Shown here: in pieces, positions 59,931-64,000 of the stretch | Position numbering within the stretch: the stretch's first letter is position 1 | Layout: the number at the start of each line of letters is the position of its first letter | NCBI GenBank assembly: GCA_004295055.1 | Contig: SHNJ01000010.1 | Span: forward strand, 2,136-66,135 | Length of the DNA: 64,000 nucleotides | Reading direction: 5' to 3' | From: Alphaproteobacteria bacterium | GTDB lineage: Bacteria; Pseudomonadota; Alphaproteobacteria; SHNJ01 | The notes under the pieces: generated by a model | Database searches by the model: none | What the model was told of the DNA's origin: nothing | The model's input: only the letters and a program-made list of their open reading frames with translations | Made by a program: the position numbers and the translations under genes

Positions 59931-60905
59931 TTACGGAATCAACACGCCTTGCAGAGATGCATTCGACAAAGTCAAATTGCCTGCAAAAGCGATCAGTTTT
60001 ACCATCGCATCTTGATTCATCGAGAAGCGATCCGGTTCTAGCGGAACAAAATTGCGATCTTTGTGCGGACGGAAATAAATGTAATTCGTGTTTAAGAAAT
60101 ACATTTTATTCGCCGGCGCGCCGCCACCGAGGCCGCCATCGAACATCACATCGGCATTCATGAATTTCAGGCTGGTAAAGCCCAAATTCGCTTCTTTTTC
60201 CGAGGTGACGCGTTGAATCGCCTGCAAGCTTTCCCAATAAAAGCGAAACATGTTATTGTCCGCCACAATCAGATCAGGCGCGTCATTGCCACGCGAGCAA
60301 GCCAGATACAAACGGTTCATCGCCGTTTGAATATTGCTGGTCGATGGGGCGCCCAAACCGGCATTGGACATATCCAACACTTGATTGCGCCAGAATGACC
60401 AGGAAGCGCGGTTGATACCGCCGACGGTGCCGGTAGTCGGATCATCCGCGACCAGCAATTGCAAGCCGCCGATTTGTTTGCCGCTGTCGGCTGTGCCGTC
60501 CGAATAAACGTCCAATGAGATGTTGTTAATCAAAGTGCGTTCAGCATTATCGATACGTTTTTCCAATAATGGAATAATCGCTTCTTCGCCGCTATTTTGC
60601 AGCATTTCGAGACCAGAAATACTGACCACAACCGCTGCTTGACGAATATCAAATTCCGCCGCCGTAAAAACATCGGACGGTTGGATATTTAATACTTCGT
60701 AACCTGTATAGCGGCGGAAAGTGGTATTTTCCGCGTATTCTAATTCTTCAACGATGGTACGGCCACCTGCAAAGGGGCGCATTTTTCCTTTTTCACGCAA
60801 GCGATTCAACAATGCGTTGTTTTTGCTTACGTTGTCGGACAAAGCCCCAGAGCGATTGCGCAACGTCGTTGTAATAATCTCCGATAGATTTGGAGAAATT
60901 GGCAT
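59931..60905 (-). CDS. Phage major capsid protein (324 aa).
   Basis: Position after portal and scaffold. The size and composition are typical of podovirus major capsid proteins. There is an RBS-like ggag upstream. Confidence 0.65.
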   Translation of the reverse strand: MPISPNLSEIITTTLRNRSGALSDNVSKNNALLNRLREKGKMRPFAGGRTIVEELEYAENTTFRRYTGYEVLNIQPSDVFTAAEFDIRQAAVVVSISGLEMLQNSGEEAIIPLLEKRIDNAERTLINNISLDVYSDGTADSGKQIGGLQLLVADDPTTGTVGGINRASWSFWRNQVLDMSNAGLGAPSTSNIQTAMNRLYLACSRGNDAPDLIVADNNMFRFYWESLQAIQRVTSEKEANLGFTSLKFMNADVMFDGGLGGGAPANKMYFLNTNYIYFRPHKDRNFVPLEPDRFSMNQDAMVKLIAFAGNLTLSNASLQGVLIP

Positions 60906-60967
60906 AATCTACTCCTTAAATAGTTTAATGATAATGTGCGTGGAGTGGATGAGCGCTGCTCTGCCCG

Positions 60968-61903
60968 TTACGCTTGCGCGTTACGGTAAGCCGCTTCCAA
61001 TTCTTCGCGTAGCGATTGCGCGGGTTTTCTTTGTACCGCATTGGCGCCCGGGGTGCCGTAAATGCTGGCCCCGGCCCGTTTTGCGATTTCAACCTTAGCC
61101 CGATCTTCGTCCTGTTTCCTTTTTTCTGCCGATTTTAAATGGCCGGACAAAAATTCTTCGCGCAGATTGGGATGAGCCCAACCGGCGCGTTCATACAAGT
61201 CTTTTAGATCGGGCTGTTTACCCTGCAACAAATCCGCATGGGCCAGCATAGTGATATGCGGCAATAATGTATCGAAATGCGGATACATGTTTTTGCCGGT
61301 AACGTCCTTGGCTTCAATCATATCTTTGATTCTTTGCTGGCCGATGCGGATGGCGCCGGCGGCTTGTTGCATTTGTTGCTGCGCCAAAACGCCTTTTAAT
61401 TGATCAATTTCTTTTTTAATATCGGATGGTTCGTTATTTTTAACTGGCGGCACAGCTTCCGCATTATATCCATATAAATCGGAAATATGTTTGATGGTCG
61501 CCTGCGGGTTTCTTTTTAAATTGCGGTAAACGCCAAACAATTCTGCCACCGCTGCGGCCTCGTCGACCCCTGCGCGCGATAAGTCGTCTTTGTACTCATC
61601 AAATATCTTTTGCAAATCTCCGTATCGTTTGCGTTCTTTGGAAATATCGGTGGTCTTTTTGGTGTAATCCGCTTCCATGGATTTGTGCCGGCGCATAACC
61701 CAGGATTTGGTTCTGTCATCCAGGCTTGAAAAAGTCGCTTTATCCTCATCCGACCAATGTTCCGGCGCGGTGGCATAGGCTGTTTTTTCATTCTGAAACG
61801 CCGTTTTTAAATCGGCCGCAACGCTGCCTTTTGGATATGGATTATTATCTGAAGTCGCCGTACCATTATTTTCAGGCACGGAATTTTGTTCCGAAAGATT
61901 CAT
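60968..61903 (-). CDS. Phage scaffolding protein (311 aa, highly charged and alpha-helical).
   Basis: It lies between portal and capsid. The Lys/Glu/Gln-rich helical sequence is typical of scaffold proteins. Confidence 0.55.
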   Translation of the reverse strand: MNLSEQNSVPENNGTATSDNNPYPKGSVAADLKTAFQNEKTAYATAPEHWSDEDKATFSSLDDRTKSWVMRRHKSMEADYTKKTTDISKERKRYGDLQKIFDEYKDDLSRAGVDEAAAVAELFGVYRNLKRNPQATIKHISDLYGYNAEAVPPVKNNEPSDIKKEIDQLKGVLAQQQMQQAAGAIRIGQQRIKDMIEAKDVTGKNMYPHFDTLLPHITMLAHADLLQGKQPDLKDLYERAGWAHPNLREEFLSGHLKSAEKRKQDEDRAKVEIAKRAGASIYGTPGANAVQRKPAQSLREELEAAYRNAQA

Positions 61904-61924
61904 TTTTTTCTCCGGTTAGGTCAA

Positions 61925-61960
61925 AATAAAACCGGCTGTTTTTTAAACAGCCGGTTTACA
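61925..61960. terminator. Hairpin terminator (aaaccggctgttt-tttaa-acagccggttt) between the portal and scaffold genes.
   Basis: 12-bp stem with A and T runs on both sides. It may attenuate the portal-to-scaffold transcript. Confidence 0.6.
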
Positions 61961-62045
61961 GAATTTTTTGATTGTATCGAATCGTACCACAATTTTTTTC
62001 ACAAATCAATAGATCTGGAAAATATTTTTAAAAAAAATTAGAAAT

Positions 62046-62237
62046 TTAATCTCCAACTTCGATGCACCCATGTTGCCGCAAATGCGCGCGGTGTGCGGCG
62101 CGGCCATCGATGGTCTCGCCGGTAACCATGCTTTTATATGGTTTCAAATCGGCAATTATATTCGGACTGTTTGGGATCATATCTTCTTCATTTTTCAATT
62201 GCAGCTTTCCATTGCGATAAACATAGGTTTTGCGCAT
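62046..62237 (-). CDS. 63-aa phage hypothetical protein between the portal and scaffold genes.
   Basis: Small ORF whose start is adjacent to the portal stop. No homology evidence. Confidence 0.3.
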   Translation of the reverse strand: MRKTYVYRNGKLQLKNEEDMIPNSPNIIADLKPYKSMVTGETIDGRAAHRAHLRQHGCIEVGD

Positions 62238-63874
62238 TACGTTGGACTTTCAATTTGGCCCAATGATTCCAGCGACGATTCCAATTCCCGTCCGATTTTG
62301 AATCCCCGAGCGCCGAACAATAACATCGATCGTGCCACCGATAATGGCAATGCGCCTGATTGTACCAATGGCGCGGCTTCTTTGACGAATCCGGTAACCG
62401 CGTTTAAAAATTCGATGCGGGTTTGTTTTTCCTGGATTTCATCCATAGCAATGGTGGAATCGGTTTCGATATCCAAACGCCAGTGGAAAATCTGTTCGTT
62501 CCGAAATAAATCCATCATTTCCGGCACGACCGCGAGGCCCGTCATAGACGACAAGGTTTCTGGCGAGAAATGTTCCGCCATCACTTCGGCCATTATACGA
62601 ATCAAATCGCGGCTGAACCGCGCCACCGATTTTTGTCGTTCGGATAAACGTAGCGTCGCAAAACGGCCTTTTAATTGCTGCGCGGTTGCGGTTTCCGATG
62701 CCACCGTTGCGCCGCGCAAAATATCGGCGATGCCGGTGATTTCATAAAGATCGTTTTTAACTCGGTCGCGCGCCTGATATAATTCGCGTAATACCTGCAC
62801 CATGCGTTCAATCGGCATCCAGGCGACAACCCCATCGAGGCCGCCCTTTTGTGCAATCGCCGACCATTGATCGACCGGGATCAATTGGCTTTCTTCGCCA
62901 AATTCGCTTAACAAACGCTGAATTGGTTCTGCCGAGGCATCATACACGCCTCGCAGACGAATCATGCGGGACAATGCTGTGATACGCGATGTTAAAACAT
63001 CCAATTCTGTTGCTTGATCTTGATACAACAAATAATCCGGTACCGGCAGCATGTCATCGCTGGTCGTCGTGGCCAGCAGCGGTTGTGGGCATGGGAAAAA
63101 TCCGGACAAACGCAATGGATCATCCTGAATTTCCAGAATCTGTGATTTTTTGCGATTCGCGCCATGCGTTAACCACAGTACCTGGCGAGAGGATTTATCC
63201 CAAATTTCCCAAATCATCGCCTTGCCAGCTTGCGCCTTGATATCGGCACTGCCTTCGCAATCATAATCGATATTCCAATCATCTACCTTGTCGCCGAATC
63301 TGTTTTTCATTTCTTCGCGCGATAAGTAATTGCGGAATGCAACCCAATCGACATCATTCCAACGCCGCGCCGGTGCATGCAGAAAATCTTTCCAATGCAC
63401 ATAATCGCAAATGGCTTTCTCGCTTTTTAATTTTTGAATCTCAGTTTGTTCCTCATCGGCCGAATAGGCCGATTCAAATTCCGGCACATATCGAATGCGG
63501 GCAACACCGCGCCCAGCCAACAAATAATCCTGCACACAAGAACGCATGACCGTATCGAAATCATAGACATCGATATTGGTGGTCAGCGCGCGTTCCAGCA
63601 CCATCGATGCCTGACGTGTGAATGGATCGTTATCTTTATATCTTCGTTCGATTTGCGGTTTCGGCGCGCTGTAATACAAAGCCGGTTTCAAGGTTTCGAC
63701 ATTCGACCACAAAATATTGAATTTACCTCCGCGATCAGCATCGCCCCGTTCATCACGGTACCTTCGAACAATTTTATCGGCCCTGGCGCGATAAGTGGCT
63801 TCGCGCTTTTCAGCTTTATCCAAAACCGCCAACCAATATCCCAATAATGGGTTATTTGTATCTTTTTCGATCAT
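62237..63874 (-). CDS. Phage portal (head-tail connector) protein, 545 aa.
   Basis: Its size and its position at the head of a portal-scaffold-capsid module match a portal. The acidic C-terminus is typical. The upstream packaging genes presumably lie beyond the window. Confidence 0.65.
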   Translation of the reverse strand: MIEKDTNNPLLGYWLAVLDKAEKREATYRARADKIVRRYRDERGDADRGGKFNILWSNVETLKPALYYSAPKPQIERRYKDNDPFTRQASMVLERALTTNIDVYDFDTVMRSCVQDYLLAGRGVARIRYVPEFESAYSADEEQTEIQKLKSEKAICDYVHWKDFLHAPARRWNDVDWVAFRNYLSREEMKNRFGDKVDDWNIDYDCEGSADIKAQAGKAMIWEIWDKSSRQVLWLTHGANRKKSQILEIQDDPLRLSGFFPCPQPLLATTTSDDMLPVPDYLLYQDQATELDVLTSRITALSRMIRLRGVYDASAEPIQRLLSEFGEESQLIPVDQWSAIAQKGGLDGVVAWMPIERMVQVLRELYQARDRVKNDLYEITGIADILRGATVASETATAQQLKGRFATLRLSERQKSVARFSRDLIRIMAEVMAEHFSPETLSSMTGLAVVPEMMDLFRNEQIFHWRLDIETDSTIAMDEIQEKQTRIEFLNAVTGFVKEAAPLVQSGALPLSVARSMLLFGARGFKIGRELESSLESLGQIESPT

Positions 63875-64000
63875 AATTTACTCCAAATCCCTCAAAATAT
63901 AAGGTTAATTTTTCTATTTATTTCAAATTTATGAAATAAAATAAAATCATATAGATAAAATTTATATAATTATTTTATATGAAATATTATTACTTTTTAA

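Larger units (their letters stand above)
50561..64000 (-). mobile_element. Podovirus-like prophage or phage-derived element, partial (it runs off the 3' end of the window). It contains lysis, tail and head morphogenesis modules and abuts tRNA-Thr.
   Basis: A co-oriented minus-strand block runs portal, scaffold, capsid, small structural proteins, tail tubular A- and B-like proteins, fibre, GNAT, holin and GH108 endolysin. It contains internal terminators and lies adjacent to a tRNA gene. Confidence 0.75.

Noticed and set aside
62070-62747. 225-aa plus-strand ORF antisense to the phage portal gene.
   Set aside because: It is entirely embedded in the 545-aa portal ORF. It has no RBS and an odd composition, so it is likely spurious.

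Overview
This 64-kb window reads as a chromosomal segment of an alphaproteobacterium-like genome, judged from gene content and order (maf-rng-yacG, infA, murA, dcd, an NDUFA12-like protein, GH108 endolysins). Housekeeping genes: carA and carB (separated by an SBP_bac_3-like gene), greA, lrp, trxB, a LysR regulator, aatA, purA, serC, ridA, mlaD, cysQ, tsaC, a GlcD-like FAD oxidase, czcD, copA, a hybrid histidine kinase, rng, maf, infA, murA and dcd. Interspersed are many large hypothetical proteins with no recognisable family; several carry signal peptides or low-complexity, Pro-rich tracts and look effector-like. The most distinctive stretches are: (i) at the 5' end, two paralogous genes for very large surface or fibre-like proteins sharing a previously unseen ~100-aa repeat module, one with a collagen-like (GPQ/GPP)n tract and a poly-Gly run; (ii) tRNA-Phe (minus strand) preceded by two tandem ~102-bp units that each re-copy the last ~18 nt of the tRNA 3' end (att-site scars); (iii) an unannotated 58-aa yacG overlapping the stop of a short rng; (iv) tRNA-Thr followed directly by at least 13 kb of phage genes on the minus strand (portal, scaffold, capsid, tail tubular and fibre proteins, a GNAT moron, holin and GH108 endolysin) that runs off the window end; (v) a structured leader plus intrinsic terminator 13 nt upstream of a hypothetical gene. 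No rRNA genes and no CRISPR array were seen.
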